Positions 27,512 to 36,317 of a stretch of 53,034 nt of DNA are shown here, piece by piece (the first letter of the stretch is position 1; the number at the start of each line of letters is the position of its first letter). The position numbers and the translations under genes are program-made. This DNA is from Candidatus Moranbacteria bacterium GW2011_GWA2_39_41 (lineage in GTDB: Bacteria; Patescibacteriota; Minisyncoccia; Moranbacterales; UBA2206): positions 1-53,034 of the forward strand of contig LBXA01000002.1 of NCBI GenBank assembly GCA_000995125.1, given 5' to 3'. The notes beneath the pieces are model-generated. The model saw nothing but the letters and a program-made list of their open reading frames with translations, searched no databases and was not told the DNA's origin.

Positions 27512-28789
27512 ATGATGAATAAATTTCCAGCAGGGTTTTTGTGGGGTGCAGCGACTTCCGGGCATCAAGTTGAAGGCAATACTAATAACGATTGGGTTCA
27601 GTGGGAGAAGGACAATGCTGAGAGAATTGCTGGGGAGGCTAATAAGAAGTGGGAAAAGTGGCAACAGGAAAAATTTCCCGAAATGTTCACGGTGGAAAAT
27701 TATATTTCTGGCCAAGCTTGCGACCAATATAATCGATATGCAGAAGATTTTGATTTGGCAAAAGCTGGTGGACACAATGCCCATCGATTGTCTTTGGAAT
27801 GGGCAAGAATTGAACCGAAAGAAGGAGAATTTAGTGCAGAGGGAATTGAACATTATCGAAAAGTTTTGACAGCTTTACGTGAGAGGGGATTGGAACCATT
27901 TGTAACCTTGTGGCATTGGACTGATCCAATTTGGGTCGGAGAGATGGGCGCTTGGGGCAACAAAGAAACAGTTAAATATTTCCATAGATATGCTGAGCGG
28001 GTTTTCAATGAATATAAAGATTTAGTAACATTTTGGATGCCACTCAATGAACCAAATACTGAAGTGTCGTTGGGCTATATGTTTGGCAATCAACCGCCAG
28101 GAATCAAAAGTAAACTTGCGGCCAACACCGCTTTCAAAAATTTGATGCAAGTTCAGAAAGATATCTATCAGGTTGCCAAAGCAGTTTCACCGGATTTTCA
28201 AATTGGCTGTTCGCATTTTATGTTCGATATAAAATCCCATAATCGCCTGCCATGGAATGTTTTGGCGACTAAGATTATGGATTATTTTGCCAACTATCGT
28301 TTTTTCAAAGCTTTCAATGATTCTTGTGATTTTTTTGGTATCCAATATTATCAATCATTTCATGTCAATTTCAGAATAGGTGGAAAATTCTTCGGACTTT
28401 TTGAAAATAAAGAAGTTTCAGAAAAAAGAAGTGATTTGGGTTGGCAGATTTATCCAGAAGGAATTTATAATGTGCTGACAAAGGCCGCCAAGAATGGAAA
28501 ACCTATTTATATAACTGAAAATGGACTAGCCGATGCGACTGATACCTATCGTTCCGAATTCATTCAAGAGCATCTGAAATATGTTCAAAAGGCGATTGCT
28601 GATGGCGTGGACATTCGCGGTTATTTCCATTGGTCACTAATAGACAACTTTGAATTTGTAGAAATGCGCGGGTTCTGGCCACGCTTTGGTCTGATAGAAA
28701 TCGATTACAAAACATTAGAGAGAAAGCCAAGAAAAAGTTTTTATGTTTATAAAGAGATAATTGAGAATAATGGGATAAAAGGGGAATAA
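27512..28789 (+). CDS. glycoside hydrolase family 1 (beta-glucosidase-like)
   Basis: FLWGAATSGHQVEG, the acid/base motif LNEP, and the nucleophile motif ITENG. Confidence 0.9.
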   Translation: MMNKFPAGFLWGAATSGHQVEGNTNNDWVQWEKDNAERIAGEANKKWEKWQQEKFPEMFTVENYISGQACDQYNRYAEDFDLAKAGGHNAHRLSLEWARIEPKEGEFSAEGIEHYRKVLTALRERGLEPFVTLWHWTDPIWVGEMGAWGNKETVKYFHRYAERVFNEYKDLVTFWMPLNEPNTEVSLGYMFGNQPPGIKSKLAANTAFKNLMQVQKDIYQVAKAVSPDFQIGCSHFMFDIKSHNRLPWNVLATKIMDYFANYRFFKAFNDSCDFFGIQYYQSFHVNFRIGGKFFGLFENKEVSEKRSDLGWQIYPEGIYNVLTKAAKNGKPIYITENGLADATDTYRSEFIQEHLKYVQKAIADGVDIRGYFHWSLIDNFEFVEMRGFWPRFGLIEIDYKTLERKPRKSFYVYKEIIENNGIKGE

Positions 28790-29022
28790 GGGGTGAAAGG
28801 GGCTGAAGGGGTGAGAAAAAGGGAGGGAAGGGGAATAAAGGGTGAAAAGGGAGAAAGGGATTGAAAGGGTGAGGAAAGGGGAGGAAGGGTAAGGAAGGGT
28901 GAGAGAAAATAAGATGAGATTTCCCATTCTAACATTCCCTTTAAACCCTTTTGCAACCCATTTAAATTCCCATTATATCCCATTACAATTCACTTTAAAT
29001 TTATAATCCCAGTAGTCCCTTT
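28770..29022. repeat. purine-rich GGGNAAA word array followed by its C-rich complement
   Basis: 28770-28905 carries repeated GGGGAATAA, GGGTGAAA and GGGAGAAA words. 28921-29022 carries TTCCCATT, TTCCCTTT, AACCCTTTT and AACCCATTT words. The left arm overlaps the last codons of the GH1 gene. Confidence 0.8.
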
Positions 29023-29069
29023 ATTTAAGTTTTATTAGCTACACATCTCAATTTAATTTGCAAAATATT

Positions 29070-29783
29070 ATGCTCAAACCACCGCGCCAACCATATGGAT
29101 TCAAAAAACTACTTGCTTATAGAAAAGCTGAAGAGTTGCAAATGGAATGTTCGCGGGTCACGGCGCAGTTTCCGAAATATAAAACTTTGATAGCGTTGGC
29201 TGATCAGATGGATAGGTTAGCGCGTTCGGCTAAGCAGAATATAGTTGAAGGTTGGAAAAGAAATTCGACGAAAGAATATTATGACTTCTTGGGTTTTTCA
29301 ATCGGCGCCAACACGGAATTGGAGGAAGATTGCAACGACATTTGGCGCGGAGCTTATCTGGATTTAATGGGAATAACGGGGGTAATGGGAGAAAAGGGAA
29401 TAAAGAGTGAAATGGGAGATGTGGAAAAAGGAAAAATGGAAATAATGGGAGAAAATGGAAATAGGGCACCCCATTTAATCCCTTTCAACCCTTTAGTCCC
29501 TTTGGATATTGAGAAAATTCCATTTTATCCCCTTAATAAAAATCTACCTCCAGTTATCCAATTGAAACTGCGTTGCAAGGAGCTCAATTATTTGCTGAGT
29601 CAGTTGCAAAAATCATTGGAAGTCAAAATGCTACAAGAAAAAACCTTGTCAGGTGGTGATATTGCCAGGAATTATTTGCGGGAGATAGATAAGAACAAAA
29701 AACAGGATGATATTTTCTTAGAACAAAACGGCTTTGTGCGTCTTGAGAACGGACAAGTTATTGCAAAAAATCAAGATGGATAA
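29070..29783 (+). CDS. four-helix-bundle protein (23S rRNA IVS protein family) with a repeat-encoded insert
   Basis: YRKAEELQMECSRVTAQFPK...LADQMDRLARSAKQNIVEGWKR...FLGFSIGANTELEED matches the family pattern. The central GITGVMGEKGIKSEMGDVEKGKMEIMGENGNRAPHLIPFNPLVPL is encoded by the repeat at 29365-29535. Confidence 0.75.
   Translation: MLKPPRQPYGFKKLLAYRKAEELQMECSRVTAQFPKYKTLIALADQMDRLARSAKQNIVEGWKRNSTKEYYDFLGFSIGANTELEEDCNDIWRGAYLDLMGITGVMGEKGIKSEMGDVEKGKMEIMGENGNRAPHLIPFNPLVPLDIEKIPFYPLNKNLPPVIQLKLRCKELNYLLSQLQKSLEVKMLQEKTLSGGDIARNYLREIDKNKKQDDIFLEQNGFVRLENGQVIAKNQDG
29365..29535. repeat. second copy of the GGGNAAA/complement inverted word array, in frame within a CDS
   Basis: G-rich arm is ATGGGAATAACGGGGGTAATGGGAGAAAAGGGAATAAAG...GGAAATAGGG. 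C-rich arm is CCCCATTTAATCCCTTTCAACCCTTTAGTCCCTTT. Confidence 0.8.
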
Positions 29784-30336
29784 AAGAAAAATCAACATCA
29801 ACGGCAAAGACATTGAATATGTCTTCAAGCGAACCAAGGGTTCCAAGAGCGTGAAGTTGGCAGTTTATGCCGATGGGCGCTTTGTCGTTTCGGCGCCAAA
29901 ATGGTATCCTATGTATGTAGTCAAGAAATTTATTGAGGAAAAGTCCCAATGGATTTTTGAACGGGTGAAGGATGTTGATTTTGATCTAATTGATCAGAAA
30001 CAAAAAGCAGAAAGTGTAGATTATAAAAAATCAGTGAAGCATGCACGAGCCATCATTCACGAGCGATTGGAATTTTTCAATTGCCACTACAATTTTCAGT
30101 ATAATCGCGTGGCTATCAAGAATCAGAAAACCTGCTGGGGGAGTTGCAGTCAGAAAGCTAATTTGAATTTCAATTATAAAATTATTAAATTGTCAGAAGA
30201 AATGCGCGACTATGTAATTGTGCATGAATTGTGCCATCTGCAGGAATTGAATCACAGCAAAAGATTTTGGAATCTAGTTTCGCAGACGGTGCCAAACTAT
30301 CGAACCCTGCGGAGAAAACTAACAGAAATAAAATAA
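29774..30336 (+). CDS. YgjP-like M48/DUF45 metallopeptidase-fold protein
   Basis: HExxH motif in YVIVHELCHLQELNHSKRFW. The ATG overlaps the last 10 nt of the upstream gene. Confidence 0.8.
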
Positions 30337-30343
30337 AACAAAT

Positions 30344-31273
30344 ATGAATTATATTGTTCTCGCCACGATTGCCTATTTTATGGTAGCTTTGGAAGTTATT
30401 TTAGATAAATTTTTATTAAGCTCTAAACGAATTTCTCATCCAGCTATCTACGCTTTCTATTCAGGACTTTTGACGGCTTTCGTTTTCTTTATGGTGCCCT
30501 TTGGTTTTCACGCCATGACACCCTATTTTGCCATGGTGAGCATTGTGACGGGAATCATTTTTACCTATGGATTTTTGACGTTGTTTTTTGCCATCAACAA
30601 AAGTGAAGCTAGTCGGGTGATGCCAGTGGTTGGAGCGGTTGTGCCGTTGGTGACATTTATTCTTTCGGGCAGTTTGTTGTCTGAATATTTAAGCAAAGCT
30701 CAATCGATTGGAATATTTGCGCTAATCGTTGGTGGTCTTTTGATTTCCTTTGATTTTCCTTTGAAAAACAAAAAGAAATTTTTTCATGGATTTTATTATT
30801 CAATTTTGGCCGGTATCCTTTTTGCTATCGAAGTCACTTCTTTCAAATACCTAAGTGACGATTACACCTTTGCCAATGTTTTCATCTGGACGCGCTGGGG
30901 CGTGACCTTGGGGGCTTTGAGTTTGCTACTCGTGCCTCAGTGGAGAAAGGTTATTTTGAATTCTTTTGGCAGTTTCAAAAATACCAAAAAAGAACATCAT
31001 CAAACTGGTGGATTGTTTATTCTAAATAAAATTTTAGGTGGCGCTGGTTCAATTTTGACCAAAAAGGCCATCACTTTGGGTAGCGCAACTGTGGTGAGTG
31101 CACTAGTTTCAACCGAGTATGTTTTCATTCTCATTATCGGTTTGATGCTGTCATTTCAGTTTCCCAAAATATTTCAAGAAAAGGAGGATGCGCTGGGGAT
31201 AACTCAAAAAATTGTTTCCATTTTGATAATTTCATTGGGCGTGGCTTTGATTTCGCTAAAACATAAAATTTAA
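30344..31273 (+). CDS. EamA/DMT-superfamily membrane transporter
   Basis: About 10 predicted TM helices arranged as two halves. No soluble domain. Confidence 0.65.
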   Translation: MNYIVLATIAYFMVALEVILDKFLLSSKRISHPAIYAFYSGLLTAFVFFMVPFGFHAMTPYFAMVSIVTGIIFTYGFLTLFFAINKSEASRVMPVVGAVVPLVTFILSGSLLSEYLSKAQSIGIFALIVGGLLISFDFPLKNKKKFFHGFYYSILAGILFAIEVTSFKYLSDDYTFANVFIWTRWGVTLGALSLLLVPQWRKVILNSFGSFKNTKKEHHQTGGLFILNKILGGAGSILTKKAITLGSATVVSALVSTEYVFILIIGLMLSFQFPKIFQEKEDALGITQKIVSILIISLGVALISLKHKI

Positions 31274-31326
31274 AAATACCCCAATTAAGTAGTCTGCCTG
31301 CGGCAGAATTTAACGGGGCAAGAAAA

Positions 31327-32343
31327 ATGAACATCTTAAAAAAAATCTTGAAAGTTGTTGGAATCATAATTGCTATTATTCTCGGATTTGTAGTGATTAT
31401 GTTTGGTTATTTCAATTTGCCGATTGAAAATAACAACGACAGCGCTAAGTTGGGTATGACTTTTTCCAATAAATATGCCTATAGCATTGGCCTAGATTGG
31501 AAAGCGAATTATATCGCCATGCTGGATGATTTGCATATCAAAAAAATTAGAATTCCAGTCTATTGGGATTTGGTGGAATCAAAGCAAGGTGAATATGATT
31601 TTTCTGATGTGGATTGGCAATTGAATGAAGCACGTAAAAGAAATGCTGAAATCATCTTGGCAATTGGACAAAAGACCCCGCGTTGGCCGGAATGCAACAT
31701 TCCTGCGTGGGCAATGAAAGATGATCAAACGAGAAAAGAGAATTTGTTGAAGTATGTAGATGTGACAGTGAGAAGATATAAAGATGATCCGGTGGTGAAA
31801 TTTTGGCAAATAGAAAATGAACCATTTTTGCCATTTGGTATTTGCCCAGCTATCGATCCAAGTCTGCTAGATAGTGAGTTGGCAGTGGCGCGCTCAATTG
31901 ATAACACCCGCAAGATTATCGTGACTGATAGTGGTGAATTGAGTTTGTGGATTCAAGCAGCCAAGCGCGCTGATATTTTTGGCACGACAATGTATCGCAC
32001 AATCTATAAAAAAGAAATTGGCTATTTTGAATATCCGATTGGCCCAAGGTTTTTTCAAGTTAAGCATAATCTAATTCAACTTTTTGCGCGTCAAAACAAC
32101 GCGATTGTTATCGAGTTGCAGGCTGAGCCTTGGATTAGCGGATCGACTACTGACAACACCTTGGAAGAACAATTCAAGTCTATGAATCCAGCTCAATTGG
32201 TGGGCAATGTTGATTATGCTGAGAAGGTTGGTTTTCCACAAATATATCTCTGGGGAGTTGAATGGTGGTATTGGTTGAAAGAAAAGCAAAATCATCCAGA
32301 GCTTTGGAATACGGCTAAAGTTCTGTATAATAATAGGCAATAA
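31327..32343 (+). CDS. membrane-anchored clan GH-A-like glycoside hydrolase (TIM barrel)
   Basis: N-terminal TM helix. IRIPVYWDLVESKQGEYDF and WQIENEPF (an NEP acid/base-like motif) support the fold. The GH family is not resolved. Confidence 0.55.
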   Translation: MNILKKILKVVGIIIAIILGFVVIMFGYFNLPIENNNDSAKLGMTFSNKYAYSIGLDWKANYIAMLDDLHIKKIRIPVYWDLVESKQGEYDFSDVDWQLNEARKRNAEIILAIGQKTPRWPECNIPAWAMKDDQTRKENLLKYVDVTVRRYKDDPVVKFWQIENEPFLPFGICPAIDPSLLDSELAVARSIDNTRKIIVTDSGELSLWIQAAKRADIFGTTMYRTIYKKEIGYFEYPIGPRFFQVKHNLIQLFARQNNAIVIELQAEPWISGSTTDNTLEEQFKSMNPAQLVGNVDYAEKVGFPQIYLWGVEWWYWLKEKQNHPELWNTAKVLYNNRQ

Positions 32344-32399
32344 TTGGCTGGATTTGTTGCGTGAGTATGTTACGTAATGAGTCTATTATACATCTTATT

Positions 32400-33068
32400 A
32401 TGTCTAGAGTTATTGTAGATATTGAAACAATTGGCAAAGATTTTGCGAGCTATGACCAAAAAAGTCAGGAGTATCTTTTGAAATACGCACAGACTGAGGA
32501 AGAACAGGAAATGGTCAAGAAAAGTTTGGCTCTGCATGCTTTGACCGGTGAAGTGGTGACTATTGGTATGTTTAACCCTGACACTGGCAAGGGCGTGATG
32601 CTTTTCCAGAGCAAGGGTGAGGTGATTGAGAATTTTTCTGAGGGTGGACTTTTCTATGAAGCTGGCACCGAGAAAGAATTGTTGGAAAAATTTTGGGACA
32701 TGGTGAAAACGTATAAACAAATCATCACTTTCAATGGTCGCAATTTCGACATTCCCTTTTTGATGACGCGCAGTGCCATCAACGGCGTGCGGGTGTCGCG
32801 CAACTTTATGGGCTATCGTTACAATCCCAAAGAGCATTGTGATTTGATGGAGCAATTGACGTTCTATGGGGCGACGCGCAAATTCAATCTAGATTTTTAT
32901 GCCAAATCTTTTGGCATCAAGAGTTCGAAAGACGAAGGTATTGATGGTTCGATGGTGGGTGAGTTGTATAAACAAAAAAGATATTTAGACGTGGCGCGCT
33001 ATTGCCATCGCGATCTTTTGACCACCAAGGGTTTGCATGAATATTGGGATAAATATCTAAGTTTCTAG
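32400..33068 (+). CDS. RNase H-like 3'-5' exonuclease (PolB-exonuclease-like domain)
   Basis: VIVDIETIG, ITFNGRNFDIPFL and YCHRDLLTT resemble Exo I/II/III-type motifs. I chose the ATG at 32400. Confidence 0.65.
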   Translation: MSRVIVDIETIGKDFASYDQKSQEYLLKYAQTEEEQEMVKKSLALHALTGEVVTIGMFNPDTGKGVMLFQSKGEVIENFSEGGLFYEAGTEKELLEKFWDMVKTYKQIITFNGRNFDIPFLMTRSAINGVRVSRNFMGYRYNPKEHCDLMEQLTFYGATRKFNLDFYAKSFGIKSSKDEGIDGSMVGELYKQKRYLDVARYCHRDLLTTKGLHEYWDKYLSF

Positions 33069-33069
33069 G

Positions 33070-33555
33070 ATGAAAAGCAAAGAGCTATATATCATCGCGC
33101 ATAATATTCGCAGCGCTCACAATGTGGGGGCGATTTTTCGCTCAAGTGATGGTGCAGGCGTGGACAAGATTTATCTAAGCGGTTATTCGCAACGACCAGC
33201 ACCAGCTGACAAGAAAGAATTGGTGAAGCCAGAAAAGATGTTGGCAAAAACGGCCCTAGGCGCAGAACTAAGTGTGGCTTGGGAAAGTGCTGATGATTTG
33301 ATAAAATTTATTAACAAATTGAAAAAAGAAGGTGTGCAAGTTGTGGCTTTAGAAAAAACTGAAGGTAGCGTGGATATTCGAAAATTCAAACCAACTTTTC
33401 CAATGGCGTTGATTTTGGGTCATGAAGTGGATGGTGTGGAAGATGAAGTTTTGCAATTGTGTGACGCGGTGATTGAAATTCCAATGCGCGGGCAGAAAAA
33501 GTCACTGAATGTTTCCGTGGCCACTGGCATTGCGATTTATGAATTGCTCGGTTGA
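33070..33555 (+). CDS. SpoU/TrmH-family RNA 2'-O-methyltransferase
   Basis: Motifs NVGAIFRSSDGAGV, LILGHEVDGV and IPMRGQKKSLNVSVATGIAIYEL. Confidence 0.85.
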   Translation: MKSKELYIIAHNIRSAHNVGAIFRSSDGAGVDKIYLSGYSQRPAPADKKELVKPEKMLAKTALGAELSVAWESADDLIKFINKLKKEGVQVVALEKTEGSVDIRKFKPTFPMALILGHEVDGVEDEVLQLCDAVIEIPMRGQKKSLNVSVATGIAIYELLG

Positions 33556-33564
33556 TGCTATAAT
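33556..33564 (+). promoter_or_regulatory. extended -10 box TGCTATAAT
   Basis: Third occurrence of TGCTATAAT, 41 nt upstream of ATG 33606. Confidence 0.4.
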
Positions 33565-33605
33565 ATGATTGATGCGACTAATAAGACCAATATGACAAAT
33601 AAAAT

Positions 33606-34310
33606 ATGAAAAAAACAAAATTAGCAGTGTTTGATATCGATGGTACAATTTTTCGCAAAAATCTGGCTTTTGAATTGATTAATGAATTGGCTTGGCGTGG
33701 GATTTTCAAAAAAGAAGTGCGGACGGAACTGGTGCGTCACTATAGTAATTGGCTGGATCATAAAGGCACCTATGAAGACTATCGCAAAGCTTTAGTGGTT
33801 TTGTACTCTGACAATCTCAAAGGTTGCCGAAAAGAAGATGTTTTGAAAGCAGCTAAGGGTGTGATGCCATTCTATCAAGATCGAACTTATGTTTTTGCCG
33901 AGAATTTGATTAAGCAATTGAAGGCTGACAATTATAATATTATTGCGGTGTCAGGATCGCCGAGTGAGATTGTGGAAGAATATAATAAGCATTTGAAATT
34001 TGATGCAGTTTTTGGTTCAGTTTATGAAATTGATGAAAACAATATGTATACCGGCGATGCAGTTTTTGAGCCAACCAAAGATAAAAGTCAGGTGGTGCGT
34101 CAATATCTAACTGAAAATAATTTAACACTAGCGGGCTCATATGGAATTGGCGATACTGAATCAGATGCTTCAGTTTTGAAAATTGTGGAAAACCCAATCG
34201 CCTTCAATCCGAATTCTAATTTGAAGGAAATTGCAGAAAAAAATGGTTGGAAAATTATTGTGGAAAAAAAGGATGTTATTTATGAAATAGATAATAATAA
34301 TTTAAAATAA
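33606..34310 (+). CDS. HAD-IB family hydrolase (phosphoserine-phosphatase-like)
   Basis: The nucleophile motif FDIDGTI, the SGSP motif, and GDTESD. Confidence 0.8.
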   Translation: MKKTKLAVFDIDGTIFRKNLAFELINELAWRGIFKKEVRTELVRHYSNWLDHKGTYEDYRKALVVLYSDNLKGCRKEDVLKAAKGVMPFYQDRTYVFAENLIKQLKADNYNIIAVSGSPSEIVEEYNKHLKFDAVFGSVYEIDENNMYTGDAVFEPTKDKSQVVRQYLTENNLTLAGSYGIGDTESDASVLKIVENPIAFNPNSNLKEIAEKNGWKIIVEKKDVIYEIDNNNLK

Positions 34311-34314
34311 AAAT

Positions 34315-34506
34315 ATGGCAATCCTTTTATTGGTTATTGGTTTTATATTATTTAGCATCATTTGGTTGTTTATTGAACTTGTAACAGCAAGTAGCTTCAA
34401 TGCCTTCTTGGATGAGAAGATTATGCGAAGAACTAAATGGTTATGGGTGCCAATTTATGCGCTGTGGCGGATGTTTAAAGAGGTTATTTTTAACAATAAG
34501 AAATAG
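34315..34506 (+). CDS. small membrane protein, unknown function
   Basis: 63 aa with one TM helix ILLLVIGFILFSIIWLFIELV. It is followed by a terminator. Confidence 0.45.
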   Translation: MAILLLVIGFILFSIIWLFIELVTASSFNAFLDEKIMRRTKWLWVPIYALWRMFKEVIFNNKK

Positions 34507-34520
34507 GATGTTGAACGATA

Positions 34521-34551
34521 AAAAACTCTCGGATTTCTCTGAGAGTTTTTT
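34521..34551. terminator. bidirectional intrinsic terminator
   Basis: AAAAAACTCTC...GAGAGTTTTTT lies between convergent genes. Confidence 0.75.
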
Positions 34552-34569
34552 ATTATCGAAAAGTTTGTT

Positions 34570-34914
34570 TTACTTAACTTTTTCGATGAATTTAGCAAAT
34601 ACGGCTGGATTCTCCATAGCCATTTGTGACAAAACTTTTCGGTCTACTTCAATTTTCTTGTCAGCCATAGTTTTGATCAAGACACTGTATTTCATACCCA
34701 GTTCGCGCACAGCAGTGTTGAGTCGAGTGATCCAAAGTCTGCGCATGGATCTTTTCTTGGCTCGTCGGTCACGATAAGCATAAGCGCCAGCTTTGATTAA
34801 CGCTTGTTTAGCTGAGCGATAGAGGGAGCTTCTTTTCCATCGATATCCACTCGCATCTTCCAAAACATTTTTTCTGCGTTTAGAAGCGGCTACTCCGCGT
34901 TTTACTCTTGTCAT
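34570..34914 (-). CDS. rplT: 50S ribosomal protein L20
   Basis: MTRVKRGVAASKRRKNVL...YRDRRAKKRSMRRLWITRLN. Confidence 0.97.
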   Translation of the reverse strand: MTRVKRGVAASKRRKNVLEDASGYRWKRSSLYRSAKQALIKAGAYAYRDRRAKKRSMRRLWITRLNTAVRELGMKYSVLIKTMADKKIEVDRKVLSQMAMENPAVFAKFIEKVK

Positions 34915-34933
34915 ATAATTTTATACTGTCATA

Positions 34934-34988
34934 GTGTTAAATTGTTAAATTGTTTGAATGAATTACAAACATATTAACAATATAGCAA
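34934..34988. repeat. word-array hairpin in the rpmI-rplT spacer
   Basis: GTTAAATT x2 plus GTTTG pairs with CAAACATATTAACAATATAGCAA. About 18 of 23 positions are complementary, with a 9-nt loop. Confidence 0.7.
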
Positions 34989-35009
34989 TATAATCATTTA
35001 GCAATTAAT

Positions 35010-35219
35010 TTATCTTTGGGCGCTTTTGCTGGGTAGGCCTCGCAACATATTTGCTTCATCAGCCTTGAAAAGTCGCACATCACCTTGTTTGGCCATTCCC
35101 TCTCGCCCAGTCTCCTTGCGATTGTAATGGTTGTGTCCGGTGATTCGACGCGTAACTTTTCCACTGCCAGTCACTTTGACTCTTTTTTTAACCGCTTTTC
35201 TTGTTTTTAATTTTGGCAT
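35010..35219 (-). CDS. rpmI: 50S ribosomal protein L35
   Basis: MPKLKTRKAVKKRVKVTGSGKV. Confidence 0.95.
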   Translation of the reverse strand: MPKLKTRKAVKKRVKVTGSGKVTRRITGHNHYNRKETGREGMAKQGDVRLFKADEANMLRGLPSKSAQR

Positions 35220-35228
35220 ATATTTTTA

Positions 35229-35330
35229 TAACTCGTAACTAGTAACTCGTAACTAGTAATTGGAGCGTCAGCTTATTAATTGGTTTATTTGTAATTTGTG
35301 CTAGTTACTGATTACCAGTTACTAGTTACT
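35229..35330. repeat. heptamer word-array hairpin in the infC-rpmI spacer
   Basis: The left array is (AACTCGTAACTAGT) x2, perfect. The right array is five heptamers CTAGTTA / CTGATTA / CCAGTTA / CTAGTTA / CTTAGTT, the approximate complement. Confidence 0.85.
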
Positions 35331-35334
35331 TAGT

Positions 35335-35889
35335 TTATACTTCTGGAGTTAGCACAGCATTAAAGCCACTCGGATATCTTTTCACTTCCTGATCAAGCTT
35401 GAAGGGGACAGTGATTGTTTTCAGAAAATCTTCCAGGTTCTTGCGAGCTAAATCTTGATGAGCTTTTTCTCGGCCACGCAAGAAAATTTCAACTTTCACT
35501 TTCTGACCTTTAGTAAGGAATTTTTCAGCCATGTCTTTCTTAACTTCCAAATCATGCGTGTCAGTTCGGAAACCAATACGAATCCCTTTGATATCAATCT
35601 TTTTTTGTTTGGCTTTGTTAACTCGATCAAGCCTAGATTGTTGATATTGATATTTGCCATAATCCATGATTTTGCAAACCGGTGGCTTGGCCATCGGCGC
35701 AATTTCCACTAGATCCAAATCTTGCTCGCGGGCAATTTGCAAAGCATCAAGCGGAGCCATAACCCCAAGTTGATTTCCCGCATCGTCAATTACGCGAATT
35801 TGTGGAACTCTAATGTGTTCATTTATTCTGGTGAGCGGACCCCTTTTTACGAACGGCCGCCTGATTGGTACTCTTCTAATATTTTTGAT
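35335..35889 (-). CDS. infC: translation initiation factor IF-3, non-AUG start
   Basis: Conserved IF-3 sequence (RINEHIRVPQIRVIDDAGNQLGV) continues upstream of the first ATG. That frame opens after TAA with no ATG/GTG/TTG. Candidate starts are ATC (35889) and ATT (35880). Confidence 0.9.
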   Translation of the reverse strand: MKNIRRVPIRRPFVKRGPLTRINEHIRVPQIRVIDDAGNQLGVMAPLDALQIAREQDLDLVEIAPMAKPPVCKIMDYGKYQYQQSRLDRVNKAKQKKIDIKGIRIGFRTDTHDLEVKKDMAEKFLTKGQKVKVEIFLRGREKAHQDLARKNLEDFLKTITVPFKLDQEVKRYPSGFNAVLTPEV

Positions 35890-35905
35890 ATTAAATAATT
35901 ATTTG

Positions 35906-36317
35906 TGGAGTTGATGGGAATCGCACCCATGTCCAAAATCATTCATCTAAAACAATCTACAAGCGTAGTTTACTTATTTGTTTCGATTGAAAAGTGATAA
36001 GCAAACAAAACCTTTTCAATCTATGACTAATGAAGTTTTATCGAATTGACTTAGAAAATATCAGATCGACTATCCTGATGTTTTGACACCGAATCCCATC
36101 TATCAGGAGTTGATGGTTCGATGACTACTGCGATAGCGCTGATTAGGCGATATTTAGGCAATAGCAACCGCAAAATTTGAAGTAAATGCTTGCGCAAATA
36201 CTGATTTCGCTTTTGTTATGAAGTTTGCACTTATAACTTTGATACAAATTTAACGAGGAATTATCATACTCGGCTTGCATATTTTAAATGTACGACCTGT
36301 CGAAACTAAGCAACCCC
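35906..36317 (-). ncRNA. ssrA: tmRNA (SsrA)
   Basis: 5' GGGGTTGCTTAGTTTCGACAGG. 3' T-arm ATGGG-TGCGATT-CCCAT, then CAACTCC-A. The acceptor stem has a G3-U pair. The putative tag frame GCA AAC TTC ... GCC TAA runs from 36228 down to 36154. smpB is adjacent. Confidence 0.9.

Noticed and set aside
28715-28983. Minus-strand ORFs 28715-28927 and 28747-28983, and 29230-29469, as real genes
   Set aside because: They are read-throughs of the purine/pyrimidine word arrays and give Pro/Ser/Phe/Leu low-complexity products. One is antisense to a recognisable four-helix-bundle gene.
34400-34777. Plus-strand ORF 34400-34777
   Set aside because: It runs through a bidirectional terminator and is antisense to rplT.
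35220-35334. A specific L20-binding autoregulatory leader in the infC-rpmI spacer
   Set aside because: I cannot match it to known L20 operator structures by eye. The sequence has the generic tandem-heptamer architecture seen at unrelated loci.
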